Shown here: one piece after another, positions 39,354 through 39,941 of the stretch
How the letters are laid out: each line of letters starts with the position of its first letter
How positions within the stretch are numbered: the first letter of the stretch is position 1
The notes under the pieces: generated by a model
Told to the model about the DNA's origin: nothing
The model's database searches: none
What the model saw: only the letters and a program-made list of their open reading frames with translations
DNA from: an uncultured Alphaproteobacteria bacterium
Lineage (GTDB): Bacteria > Pseudomonadota > Alphaproteobacteria > Sneathiellales > Sneathiellaceae
DNA: 39,941 nt
Assembly (NCBI GenBank): GCA_937910835.1
Contig: CALEMG010000132.1
Coordinates: 1-39,941, forward strand
Reading direction: 5' to 3'
Translations under genes and position numbers: made by a program

Positions 39354-39941
39354 GTGGCGTCAGAACATAGCCCTCTTGCACAATTTGAAATCAAGCGCCT
39401 GGTTGAATGGAACGTAGGTGGCCTTGACGTCTCTTTTACGAATGCTTCGCTGTTCATGGTTATCGCAATCGCAGCAATCACGCTTTTTCTGACATGGAGC
39501 ATGCGCGGGCGGGCCATGGTGCCGGGCCGCATGCAGTCTATGGCGGAAATCAGCTACGAATTCATCGCCAATATGATCAAGGACAATGTGGGGTCGGACG
39601 GACGCAAATATTTTCCGTTCATCTTCACCCTGTTCATGTTTGTGCTGTTCTGTAATTTGCTCGGAATGATCCCTTATACCTTTACAGTGACCAGCCAAAT
39701 CATTGTCACCTTTGCTTTGGCAGCGCTTGTCTTTATTGGGGTGACGGTTATCGGTATCATCCGGCATGGCTTCAAGTTTCTGACTTTTTTTGTTCCGAGC
39801 GGCGTGCCGGTTGTCTTGTTGATCATTCTGGTCCCGATTGAGGTAATTTCCTATTTCGTTCGCCCCATCAGTCTCTCTGTGCGTCTGTTCGCCAACATGC
39901 TGGCCGGACATACATTGCTGAAAGTGTTTGGCGGATTTGTC
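39354..39941 (+). CDS. atpB: F0F1 ATP synthase subunit a (cut by window end)
   Basis: Hand translation from GTG 39354: SPLAQFEI..SFTNASLFM..PGRMQS..RPISLSVRLFANMLAGH; not in the ORF track. Confidence 0.95.
   Translation, partial: MASEHSPLAQFEIKRLVEWNVGGLDVSFTNASLFMVIAIAAITLFLTWSMRGRAMVPGRMQSMAEISYEFIANMIKDNVGSDGRKYFPFIFTLFMFVLFCNLLGMIPYTFTVTSQIIVTFALAALVFIGVTVIGIIRHGFKFLTFFVPSGVPVVLLIILVPIEVISYFVRPISLSVRLFANMLAGHTLLKVFGGFV

Noticed and set aside
39360-39911. 183-aa minus-strand ORF
   Set aside because: Antisense to atpB, which the track missed because it runs off the window.

Overview
Chromosomal window of an alphaproteobacterium (inferred from the rnhB-ccrM and mutY-dciA-dsbA-smc-atpI-atpB synteny and a GTTC-N7-GTTC LexA box). 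Left flank (1-8.0 kb): AidB-type acyl-CoA dehydrogenase, acyl-CoA ligase, polysaccharide deacetylase, PfkB kinase, two tandem FecR-domain genes and a PAS-domain gene. About 8.08-20.13 kb is a ~12-kb integrative island at the 3' end of tRNA-Gln(TTG), bounded by paired TACCCCCAA arm-type repeats and a degenerate direct repeat. Every island gene is on the minus strand: P4-type integrase, HEPN-like A, hypothetical, AlpA (absent from the ORF track, no canonical start), HTH/Cys4 protein, second tyrosine recombinase, hsdM, hsdS, HEPN-like B, hsdR (one in-frame TAG) and an Mrr-like nuclease. The best candidate for an undescribed system is the pair of paralogous stand-alone HEPN-like proteins, one in the PrrC position between hsdS and hsdR and one abutting the integrase. 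The right part (20.2-39.9 kb) is core genome from ispE to atpB. Three genes (hsdR, a UDG-family gene, an RT0821-like gene) carry single in-frame stops that look like point substitutions, so sequence error must be excluded before reading biology into them.
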